Shown piece by piece: positions 16,422 through 24,700 of a stretch of DNA of 45,519 nt (the first letter of the stretch is position 1; the number at the start of each line of letters is the position of its first letter). The position numbers and the translations under genes are program-made. Origin of the DNA: Candidatus Shapirobacteria bacterium (GTDB taxonomy: Bacteria; Patescibacteriota; Microgenomatia; UBA12405); contig JBAXAJ010000005.1 of NCBI GenBank assembly GCA_037142555.1, positions 1-45,519 of the forward strand, in the 5' to 3' direction. The notes beneath the pieces are model-generated. The model saw nothing but the letters and a program-made list of their open reading frames with translations. It had not been told where the DNA came from and ran no database searches.

Positions 16422-17706
16422 ATTTGATTATTTTTTTAAAAGTTTTTTGACTGGATAGGCCACCAGAGCTCATATAAATAAGGATATCATTTCCAACTAA
16501 TGATTGTTGATAGTGTTTGATAATGTCTTGTTCAGTTGGTAAATATATCAATTTAGATCCAATTTCTTTTTTGAAATCAGAAGCACTGACACGATCTTCT
16601 TTGCTTATATCTTTGTTGAATTTAATTTGGCCTAGGACAATTTCAACAGCTCCATTGAAAGCATCTTTAAGCCCAATTAAGCTGTCTTTATATTGTAAAA
16701 ATGAAGCATGAGGGAGATAGAATACTTTAATTTTTCTTTTTGGATATTTTAATTTAAGAGCTTCTATGGTTGATTTAATTCTTGGAGCTGATTGAGCAAA
16801 ATCATCAAAAAATAAAATATTGTTGGAATCAGCGACTAGTTCGAGACGTCGTTTGACACCTTTAAAAGTGGCCACAGCTTTGTCAATTATTTTTTTATTT
16901 ATGCCTAATTCTTGGCATAAAGTGATGGCTGCTAATTTGTTTTCATAATCATAATTACCGTCTGTTTGAGTTTCGTAGGTAACTATTCTGGCTTTAGTTA
17001 ATTTTGAAAGTTCTTGAGTTTTAAAACCAAGTTTATTAATTACTAAAAGTCCATTTTTTGGTAGATTAGAAACTAATTTTTTGAAAGCATTAAAATTTTC
17101 TGATTCTGATTTATAAGAATCTTTGTGCTCCCATTGAGCGCTGGTTAAAATTAGATATTTTGCGGGATAATATAAAAATTTGGCTTGGGTGTCTAGACCA
17201 TTAATTGATTCATCGGCTTCGATTATTGACCAGTCGGATTTGGTTATGTCTAGAGAATCAAATTTATTTAAGCTTTGACCACCAAACATATAACTTGGGT
17301 TTAGATTAGCTTTTTTAAATATCCAAACAAGTAGACTAGTAATAGTTGTTTTCCCATATGATCCAGCAACTAAAATTGGATTGTTTTTACTGACATACTT
17401 GGCGATATATTCTGTGGCAGAAATATATTTTATTTTTAATTTTTTGATTTGTTCAAATTCAGTTCTGGTTTTTTCAAAAGAATTATAAGAAGATCCAATT
17501 ATAGCCAAATCAATATTTTTATTAATGTTGGTATTATTAATTTTAATTTTGGCGCTATTTAGAGTGGTGCTAATCGGTGGGTAAATTTTGTCTTGGTCAG
17601 AACCAGTTATTTGATGACCTTCTTTTTTAAGAGCAACAGCTAGTGCTGCTGTCATAGTCCCAGCTATTCCAATTATGTGTATTTTCATATTTATAAAGTA
17701 GTCCAA
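16414..17706 (-). CDS. mpl: Mur ligase of the Mpl type (UDP-MurNAc:L-Ala-gamma-D-Glu-diamino acid ligase-like); could also act as MurC
   Basis: Collinear with E. coli Mpl from memory: MKIHIIGIAGT...GHQITGSD, IYPPISTTL (Mpl VYPPMSTLL), GSYGKTT, IIEADE, KRRLELV, FFDDFAQS, and the C-terminal ILIYMSSGG (Mpl ILVMSNGGF). Confidence 0.65.
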   Translation of the reverse strand: MDYFINMKIHIIGIAGTMTAALAVALKKEGHQITGSDQDKIYPPISTTLNSAKIKINNTNINKNIDLAIIGSSYNSFEKTRTEFEQIKKLKIKYISATEYIAKYVSKNNPILVAGSYGKTTITSLLVWIFKKANLNPSYMFGGQSLNKFDSLDITKSDWSIIEADESINGLDTQAKFLYYPAKYLILTSAQWEHKDSYKSESENFNAFKKLVSNLPKNGLLVINKLGFKTQELSKLTKARIVTYETQTDGNYDYENKLAAITLCQELGINKKIIDKAVATFKGVKRRLELVADSNNILFFDDFAQSAPRIKSTIEALKLKYPKRKIKVFYLPHASFLQYKDSLIGLKDAFNGAVEIVLGQIKFNKDISKEDRVSASDFKKEIGSKLIYLPTEQDIIKHYQQSLVGNDILIYMSSGGLSSQKTFKKIIKYV

Positions 17707-18281
17707 CTATTATTATTGAAATATTCGAAACCTGGCATGTTTCTTTTGTAATAACCATTTTCTTTTGAAAAACGACCGAGGTATGAATATTTGAGATTTT
17801 CTGATTGACTGTCGATTATTACTTGAAGAACTAATCTGATTGGAAGATTCCCATGACTATATTCAGGATCGTAAAAGACATAAGCAACATGGCTAATTTC
17901 TGGAGAAAAATAACAAAGAGTATAGGCGATTATTTTATTTTCTTCATTTTTCCAAACATAAACATAATTAAAAATATGATTTGTAAAAATTGTTTTTACT
18001 GAACTTGTTGGGAAATCCCATTCTAATTTTTTAATCCAAGAACTTATTTCTTTTTGGATTTGAGGAGTGTATTCAAATTGGTTTAGAGCTATTTTTTGAA
18101 AAGTGAAATTTTCTGTTTTTCTTAAAATACGACGATTTTCTGAACTAATTTCAGAAAAAGACAGATTGGAACGACAACTTGATTCTTGGTAGAAAAGATC
18201 TTTATCATTTCTTTGAGGTAAAAAACCAAGTTGGTAATTTTGATCGATAGTGTTTGAATTTTTTATATTGAATTGAGACAT
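17691..18281 (-). CDS. Arginyl/leucyl-tRNA-protein transferase (ATE/Bpt)-like protein, reduced form (196 aa)
   Basis: LGFLPQR...FSEISSENRRILRK resembles the ATE_N end. SHVAYVFYDPEYSHGNLPIRLVL...YSYLGRFSKENGYYKRNMPGFEYF..NSW resembles ATE_C (SA.Y.F.DP....LG...YLGY......M.YK..F.P.E). The N-terminal Cys cluster is absent. Confidence 0.55.
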   Translation of the reverse strand: MSQFNIKNSNTIDQNYQLGFLPQRNDKDLFYQESSCRSNLSFSEISSENRRILRKTENFTFQKIALNQFEYTPQIQKEISSWIKKLEWDFPTSSVKTIFTNHIFNYVYVWKNEENKIIAYTLCYFSPEISHVAYVFYDPEYSHGNLPIRLVLQVIIDSQSENLKYSYLGRFSKENGYYKRNMPGFEYFNNNSWTTL

Positions 18282-19510
18282 TAGTTTATGTTTTTATATC
18301 TAAAAGCGGTTCTGTAGGCTTCTGCTTCTGACCAAGGGTATTCGGTTTTTCCATGGAGAATTGATGTTTCATGACCTTTCCCACAAGCGATGATAGTGTC
18401 CCCTGTTTCAGCTAGTTTTATAGCTAAATTGAAGGCATCTTGTCGGTTAGGAATGTCAAAATATTTAAACTTTGGTCTTTTAACAATTCCACTGATTATT
18501 TGTTGATTAATATCTTCAACTTTTTCATCTCGAGTGTCATCAGCGGTGATTATAGCGATGTTGGCATTTTCAGAAACAACCTTTCCCATTATTGGTCTTT
18601 TAGATTTATCTCTGCCGCCAGTGGCACCAAAAATAATAATGATTTTACCAGTGGTGTTTTTCTTTAAAGATAATAGAGTGCTTTCAAGTGCAGCTGGAGT
18701 GTGAGCAAAATCAATTAAAGTTTTAAATTTAAAATCATTTGGAAATTCTTCAGTTCGGCCTTTAATTTTTGGAAAAACTTTGACAGTTTGGATTAATATA
18801 TTTGGATCAATATTGAGTTTGTCGATGATAGCAAAAGTGAGAAGAATATTATAAATTTGATAATAATAATTACTGTCAGTTATAATTTTGAGTTTTTTGA
18901 CTTTAAATTCAATATTTTTTTTGTCTATTTTTATTTTAGTGGCGTGGTAGTTTGATTTTGAATCGATTCCATAGCTGATGACTGTTTTATTAATTTCTTT
19001 TTTAATTTTATTAAATGAATCATCGTCTTTATTTAAAATTACAGTTTTAGCGGCTTTGAAAAGTTTAGTTTTAGCACTGATGTAGGTGTCTAGATCACGG
19101 AAATAATCTAGATGTTCGTGAGAAATATTGGTCAATCCGGCTATTTCGAATTTACAACCAAAATATCTAAATTGATCAATAGCATGTGCGGTAACTTCTA
19201 GAACAACATGAGTCACTTTTTCTTTGACCATTTGACGTAATAGTTTTTGGATTACGATTGGGTCCGGAGAAGTCATATGGAGTTGGGTGTTATATTCGCT
19301 ATCACCTATCTTGGCTCCAATAGTAGAAATCAGACCAGCTTTGATGCCTGAATTAGTTAAAACATGATGAATTAAATTGCAGGTTGTAGTTTTACCGTCA
19401 GTTCCAGTGACACCAATTAAAATTAGTTTTCTTGCTGGAAAACCATATATTAAACTCAATAAAAAATTTTTTGGTAAATGCCAAAGGATATTTTTCAGTT
19501 TTTGTATCAT
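18281..19510 (-). CDS. murE: MurE-like Mur ligase with a short N-terminus (409 aa)
   Basis: GVTGTDGKTTT P-loop at residues ~34-44, HEHLDYF, DFAHTPAALESTL, GATGGRDKSKRPIMG, ADDTRDE (in place of DNPR), GKGHE. Confidence 0.75.
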   Translation of the reverse strand: MIQKLKNILWHLPKNFLLSLIYGFPARKLILIGVTGTDGKTTTCNLIHHVLTNSGIKAGLISTIGAKIGDSEYNTQLHMTSPDPIVIQKLLRQMVKEKVTHVVLEVTAHAIDQFRYFGCKFEIAGLTNISHEHLDYFRDLDTYISAKTKLFKAAKTVILNKDDDSFNKIKKEINKTVISYGIDSKSNYHATKIKIDKKNIEFKVKKLKIITDSNYYYQIYNILLTFAIIDKLNIDPNILIQTVKVFPKIKGRTEEFPNDFKFKTLIDFAHTPAALESTLLSLKKNTTGKIIIIFGATGGRDKSKRPIMGKVVSENANIAIITADDTRDEKVEDINQQIISGIVKRPKFKYFDIPNRQDAFNLAIKLAETGDTIIACGKGHETSILHGKTEYPWSEAEAYRTAFRYKNIN

Positions 19511-19521
19511 TTTGTATTTTA

Positions 19522-21147
19522 TTATAACAAATTATTGATTTTTGAGGCCAATTCGAACCAAATTGGAGCAGCAGTGCTTGAACCCCAAGGCGAGCTTTTT
19601 GGGTTATTGATGGTGACTATCATAGTGAATTTAGGGTTTTCACAAGGAGAAAAGCCGATATATGAGGCAATAGTTGATGAATTAGTGTAATCCCCTTTTA
19701 TGGCAACTTGAGCAGTTCCGCTTTTGGCACAAACTTCTAGATCTTTTGGTTTCATTTTTGCAACAACTCCATTTTCAACAGCATATTTTAAGATGGCTTT
19801 CATTTGACTAGTTGTTTCGGGTTTAAAAACTTTAGTTTCAGGTTTAAATTTGGCTTTTATAATTTTATTATTTTCATCAAAATGATCGACAACATAAGGT
19901 TTAACTAAAACTCCGTTGTTGGCAATAGTGTTGAAAGCTTGAAGCATATTGATTTGAGTCATAGCTATCCCCTGTCCAAAAGAAGCGGTGGCTAGATCAA
20001 TTTCTGGCCATTCTTCTTTTAGAAGTGGTTTAACTTCACCTTGAAGATCAATTCCGGTTTTTTGATCTAAACCAATTTTGTGATAGTAATCTAGAAAGTT
20101 TTTTTCTCCTAATTTCCCAATGATATAACTCATACCGATATTGTCAGAGTTTTTAATAATATCTTGAAGTGATGAATTTGGGTGTAATTCTGAATCCCAA
20201 TTAGTGATGGTGTATTTACCAATTGCTCTTTGAGAACCACAGCCAGTGCAGACAAAATTAGTATCAATGGATTTTTTATCTAGAGCCATAGTCACTATTA
20301 AAGGTTTAAAAATTGAGCCTGGTTCGAAAAGATCGGAAATAGCTGGGTTTTTGAAGGCGCTGGGAGTGGCGGAGCTGGTGGCAGTCAAAGTTGACATTGC
20401 TAATAGAGCACCAGTTTTTGAATTGATGATGGTGATTGAGCCGGAATCAGATGTGTATCTGTCTAGGCCTTGTTGGAGTAATCTTTCTGATAGTACTTGG
20501 ATATTTCGGTTAATAGTGGTGTGTAGATTTCGGCCATCAACGGCATCAGAAGTCCAACTTTTTTTAGTTAGAATTGTTTTTCCAGTGCCATCTTTGGTGC
20601 CCAGAGAAAAGCCAGTTTTACCTTTTAATTGTTTGTCATAATAGGCTTCTAAACCCCCGACGCTATTATTACCTAAAATATCTTTAGCTAGATTATTTTC
20701 GGGATATAAACGTTTTTCAATATTTTGAAAATCGAGATTTAAATTTTTTAGATTTTCTTTTTGATTTTCAGTGACTTCTATTGGGAACGTGATCCATTTT
20801 CTATTAGAGTCAGCAATGAAGCTATTTATTAAATTTTGATTGTCTTGTTTGAAATTAGGGATGTTTTGGTCTATCTTTTGGAAAAGTTCATCTAATTTAT
20901 TATCTTTTATGTTGGGTTTATAGACAGATAATTGATAATAATTTCGATTAAGAACGATTGGATAGCCATCTGAAGTGAAAATTTTGCCTCTTTTTGGGTT
21001 AATTGTTTCTAATTTATAAGTTTGGTTTAGAGCTTTTTCTTTAAGTTCTGGTTCTTTAATTACTTGCCAATAAAAAAGTCTGACAGTTATTAGGGCAAAA
21101 GGTATTAGTAGTGCTATTAATAATAGTTTTGATCTTTTTGGTGACAT
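19522..21147 (-). CDS. ftsI: Class B penicillin-binding protein / transpeptidase
   Basis: N-terminal TM segment. SIFK (SxxK), SDN (SxN), KSGT (KTG-type). Sits between ftsL-like and murE. Confidence 0.85.
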   Translation of the reverse strand: MSPKRSKLLLIALLIPFALITVRLFYWQVIKEPELKEKALNQTYKLETINPKRGKIFTSDGYPIVLNRNYYQLSVYKPNIKDNKLDELFQKIDQNIPNFKQDNQNLINSFIADSNRKWITFPIEVTENQKENLKNLNLDFQNIEKRLYPENNLAKDILGNNSVGGLEAYYDKQLKGKTGFSLGTKDGTGKTILTKKSWTSDAVDGRNLHTTINRNIQVLSERLLQQGLDRYTSDSGSITIINSKTGALLAMSTLTATSSATPSAFKNPAISDLFEPGSIFKPLIVTMALDKKSIDTNFVCTGCGSQRAIGKYTITNWDSELHPNSSLQDIIKNSDNIGMSYIIGKLGEKNFLDYYHKIGLDQKTGIDLQGEVKPLLKEEWPEIDLATASFGQGIAMTQINMLQAFNTIANNGVLVKPYVVDHFDENNKIIKAKFKPETKVFKPETTSQMKAILKYAVENGVVAKMKPKDLEVCAKSGTAQVAIKGDYTNSSTIASYIGFSPCENPKFTMIVTINNPKSSPWGSSTAAPIWFELASKINNLL

Positions 21148-21353
21148 TATTGATTTAATGGATTTGAAATTGAAGTAAGTTCAGCTAGTTTTTTTTCTAG
21201 AACTTGTTGTTGTTTTTCTAAAATATCTAATTGGGAGAGATTTTTATTAAGTAAATTATTCTGATTAATAATTTCGCTTGAATAATAAAAAGAAAAAGAG
21301 ATTTGGAGAACTATAGTTACAGCTAAAATAATTATAAAAATTTTATTAGACAT
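21147..21353 (-). CDS. FtsL-like small bitopic coiled-coil protein
   Basis: 68 aa with one TM helix and a Leu-rich heptad stretch. Lies between rsmH and ftsI. Assignment is by position and architecture only. Confidence 0.5.
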   Translation of the reverse strand: MSNKIFIIILAVTIVLQISFSFYYSSEIINQNNLLNKNLSQLDILEKQQQVLEKKLAELTSISNPLNQ

Positions 21354-21362
21354 TAAACTATT

Positions 21363-22247
21363 CTATATGATTCTATATGATCTGAGTGTGGCTGAACGAG
21401 ATAATGGGTTTTTTGATACTTCTTTATGATTTGCTTTGACTGATTTTGATTTATTTGTGATTAGATTGTTATCAAAACTATTTTTAATAAATTGTTTAAC
21501 AATTCTGTCTTCTCCAGAATGAAAAGTTATTATGACAACTCTGCCATTTGATTTAATTGAAGTTAGAGTTTGAGCTAGAAGATTTCTTAAATTTTCAAAT
21601 TCTTCATTGACTAATATTCTTAAGCTCATAAAAATTTTAGTGCTAGGGTCAGTGTTGGTTCTGATGTTGCGTTGTTTATAGTAATCTCTGATGATGTTGG
21701 CTAATCTTTCACCTGATTTTATTGGTGATTTTTGGCGTTCTGTGATTATCCTTAAAATTAGAGGTTTGCTGTAGACTTCTTGACCATATTTAGTGAAAAC
21801 TTTATACAAATCTTCGAAAGAAGCAGTGTTTATGACCATTTCAGCAGTCACTTCTTGATTTTCAGGATCAAGACGCATGTCTAGAGATGAAGTGTCGTTG
21901 AAAGAAAATCCCCTATTTTGTGACTTTTGTTGATTTTGACTTAAACCAAGGTCAACAATGATTCCAGAAATTTCTTTTTTAATTTGGTTTTTAACAATAT
22001 CTTCTAATTTATTAAAGTTTGAATGAATTGGAAAAAAGTTTTTTCCCAGACCTTCTTTTTTAATCCTTTCTTGGGTTATTTTCAAATTATTTGGGTCTTG
22101 GTCAATTCCATAAACAATGCCACCTTTTTTAAGAATTTCGAGAGTGTGTCCACCGTTTCCAAGAGTAGCGTCGATATAAACTTCACCACTTTGAACATCG
22201 AGAAGATCGATCGTTTCTTGAGATAAAACTGGTAAATGATATTCCAT
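21363..22247 (-). CDS. rsmH: 16S rRNA (cytosine1402-N4)-methyltransferase
   Basis: YIDATLGNGGH, DLGLSQNQ, SGEDRIVK and a C-terminal NPLSRSATLR motif. Confidence 0.9.
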   Translation of the reverse strand: MEYHLPVLSQETIDLLDVQSGEVYIDATLGNGGHTLEILKKGGIVYGIDQDPNNLKITQERIKKEGLGKNFFPIHSNFNKLEDIVKNQIKKEISGIIVDLGLSQNQQKSQNRGFSFNDTSSLDMRLDPENQEVTAEMVINTASFEDLYKVFTKYGQEVYSKPLILRIITERQKSPIKSGERLANIIRDYYKQRNIRTNTDPSTKIFMSLRILVNEEFENLRNLLAQTLTSIKSNGRVVIITFHSGEDRIVKQFIKNSFDNNLITNKSKSVKANHKEVSKNPLSRSATLRSYRII

Positions 22248-22961
22248 CTATTGGATTAAGTAATCACCAACTAGAGAATTAGTGTTTTCTTTAGTGACAG
22301 TGTTTGGAGTGATGGAATTGATTTTTCCAGCTCCAGTGCCGTTAGAAAAAACGGAATAAACTGACTTTAAATTTTTAATTAAAACGAAGAAATCACTTTT
22401 GGTAGTGGTAGTGGCGCTAATAGCTAAATTTTCAGTTGGAAGAGCTAGACCCTTAATTTTAATGTCAGCTGAAGAAGTTAGAGCAAAAGAACTATTAAAG
22501 CTTACTTGACCATCTTTAGTGTTGAAATTTAAAGTTAAAGTTCCCCCAGTTATACCCTCATCATAGGCATATTTACAACCATTAGTGCAGCTTTCAGTTC
22601 CTAGAAGAAGATCTTTTTCGACAGTTTTAGTTACGTTTTTGACAGTGTCACCTACTCCTTTTTCCATTTCTAGTTTAGTAGTTTTATCGACAGCGGTGTA
22701 GATTAGTTCATATTCAATGCTGGTAACAGATGATGGGATATTTTCTATCTTTAGTTTTAACATGTGACCATCAGTTCGAGGAGTTAGACTGATATATGGT
22801 TTTTCTGTTTCGCTAAATTCAATTGTTTTAGTTGAAACATTATTATTTATTGGACTATTATTGACGGTCTTTGTTTTTTTATTAAATAAAGCAAAGATAA
22901 CTACAATAATTAATATTATTGCAATGACAGCGATGTAAATGATGTTTTTATTTGTTTTCAT
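22248..22961 (-). CDS. Hypothetical bitopic membrane protein with a ~200-aa extracytoplasmic beta-rich domain
   Basis: One N-terminal TM helix. Ser/Thr/Asn-rich domain with no recognised motif. Tightly coupled to glyQS (14-nt overlap) and rsmH (adjacent). Confidence 0.5.
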   Translation of the reverse strand: MKTNKNIIYIAVIAIILIIVVIFALFNKKTKTVNNSPINNNVSTKTIEFSETEKPYISLTPRTDGHMLKLKIENIPSSVTSIEYELIYTAVDKTTKLEMEKGVGDTVKNVTKTVEKDLLLGTESCTNGCKYAYDEGITGGTLTLNFNTKDGQVSFNSSFALTSSADIKIKGLALPTENLAISATTTTKSDFFVLIKNLKSVYSVFSNGTGAGKINSITPNTVTKENTNSLVGDYLIQ

Positions 22962-24285
22962 AACTACTATTTAACTGTTTTTCGAGCCAACTGTCAACCT
23001 CATCAGTTTTTACTCTGACTTGTTTCATAGTGTCTCGGTCTCGAATACTGACTGTGTCATCTTCTAAAGTTTGATAATCAACGACTAAACACCAAGGGGT
23101 TCCAATTTCATCTTGGCGGCGGTATTTTTTACCAATATTACTAGAATCATCCCAATCTACTGAATATTTTTGAGATAGAGTTTGATAAATTTCTTCTGAT
23201 TTTTTAATTAATTCTGGTTTATTAGCAGCTAAAGGAAGGACTGCTATTTTGTAAGCAGCGACTTGTGGTTTAACTTTCAAAAAAGTTCTGATTTCTCCAG
23301 ATTCTAATTTTTCTTCTCGATAGGCGTCTAAAAGCATAAAGAAGAAACTACGATCAACACCACCGGAAGTTTCAGTAATCCAAGGAGTGTATTTTTCATT
23401 TGTGACTGGATCGAGATATTTTAGATCTTGACCACTGAATTTAGCATGTTGAGTTAAATCATAATCCCCTCGCCAGTGGATTCCTTCCATTTCTGACCAA
23501 CCCCAAGGAGCGTTGTATTCAATATCAAAAGCTTTTTTAGCATAGAAAGCTAATTCATCTTTGTCATGTTCTCTAAATCTTAGATTTTCTGGATTATTAA
23601 AAAGTGATTGATACCAATTCATACGGTTACCTTTCCAATATTCATACCATTTGTCCATTTCATCAGGGTGAACAAAAAATTGAATGTCCCATTGTTCAAA
23701 TTCACGAGTTCGATATAAAAAGTTTTTAGGAGTTATTTCATTTCTGAAAGCTTTTCCAATTTGAGCAATACCAAAAGGAATTTTGACTCGGCTAGAATCA
23801 ACGATGTTTTTAAAATCAAGATAAATAGTTTGGCAAGCTTCACCTCTTAAATAAGCATGTTGTTTTTCACCCTCAATGACACCGATTTCAGTTTCAAAAA
23901 GAATATTATATTTTCGACCTTCAGTGAATTCACCAGCACATTCAGGACATTTTGAAGGGTCATCTAATAGATCAGGACGAAATCTTTTATGACATTTTTT
24001 ACATTCAACCATGATGTCGGCAAAGTTTTTGACGTGACCAGAAGCTTCCCAAACACGAGGATGAGTGATGATAGATCCATCAATTCCGACAACATCACGT
24101 CTTTTTAGGACATTGTCAGACCACCAAATATTTTTCCAATTTAGTTTCATTTGAGATCCGACTGGGCCGTAATCATAGAAACCTTGGACACCACCGTAGA
24201 TTTCTGAGTTTTGAAATATTATTCCTCGTCTCTTACAAAGACTGACGATTTTACTAACAAGTTCGTTTTGGTTTTTTTCTGCCAT
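22948..24285 (-). CDS. glyQS: Glycyl-tRNA synthetase (class II, homodimeric type)
   Basis: IVSLCKRRGIIFQNSEIYGG.QGFYDYGPVG, FRNEITP, a zinc-like CKKC...CPEC insertion and a C-terminal anticodon-binding domain. Confidence 0.9.
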   Translation of the reverse strand: MAEKNQNELVSKIVSLCKRRGIIFQNSEIYGGVQGFYDYGPVGSQMKLNWKNIWWSDNVLKRRDVVGIDGSIITHPRVWEASGHVKNFADIMVECKKCHKRFRPDLLDDPSKCPECAGEFTEGRKYNILFETEIGVIEGEKQHAYLRGEACQTIYLDFKNIVDSSRVKIPFGIAQIGKAFRNEITPKNFLYRTREFEQWDIQFFVHPDEMDKWYEYWKGNRMNWYQSLFNNPENLRFREHDKDELAFYAKKAFDIEYNAPWGWSEMEGIHWRGDYDLTQHAKFSGQDLKYLDPVTNEKYTPWITETSGGVDRSFFFMLLDAYREEKLESGEIRTFLKVKPQVAAYKIAVLPLAANKPELIKKSEEIYQTLSQKYSVDWDDSSNIGKKYRRQDEIGTPWCLVVDYQTLEDDTVSIRDRDTMKQVRVKTDEVDSWLEKQLNSSYENK

Positions 24286-24306
24286 GCAATATTATAGCCT
24301 ATTGCT

Positions 24307-24314
24307 TGTATAAT
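24307..24314 (+). promoter_or_regulatory. Candidate -10 (TG-TATAAT) 5 nt upstream of the cupin ATG
   Basis: tgtataat at 24307-24314, ATG at 24320, no SD. The whole divergent gap to glyQS is only 34 nt. Confidence 0.3.
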
Positions 24315-24319
24315 TTGTC

Positions 24320-24673
24320 ATGAAACTAATAAAATCAGAAAGTAAAGAATGGCTGCAAAAAGAAGGTTATAGCAAGAAGATTTATTTAAATGAAAATGAT
24401 TTAAATATTAAAGGCGGATTAGTTCAAAAACTGTTGGTAAAATCTGGAGAAACTGCTCAAGAACATCATCATGAAAAACAAACAGAAATATTTTATTTTT
24501 TGAATGAGAATGGATACTTTATAGTTAATGGAGAAAAAGTAGAGGTGAAAATTGATGATGTTTTAGTAGTGGAACCATTTGATATCCATACAGCGGTGAA
24601 TAAAACAGGGAAAGATTTTTCTTATATGGCTTTTAAATTTAATTACGAAGAGAGTGATTTGATTTGGGATTAG
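24320..24673 (+). CDS. Cupin-domain protein
   Basis: HHHEKQTEIFYFL...G....V.G and a later FDIHTAVN, typical of two-motif cupin_2. Confidence 0.65.
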   Translation: MKLIKSESKEWLQKEGYSKKIYLNENDLNIKGGLVQKLLVKSGETAQEHHHEKQTEIFYFLNENGYFIVNGEKVEVKIDDVLVVEPFDIHTAVNKTGKDFSYMAFKFNYEESDLIWD

Positions 24674-24674
24674 T

Positions 24675-24700
24675 TTCTCTTAGTTTAAGAGAATTAATTT
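24675..24700 (+). terminator. Hairpin between convergent genes; candidate terminator for the cupin gene
   Basis: ttctctta-gtt-taagagaa (8-bp stem) followed by ttaattt. Confidence 0.45.
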
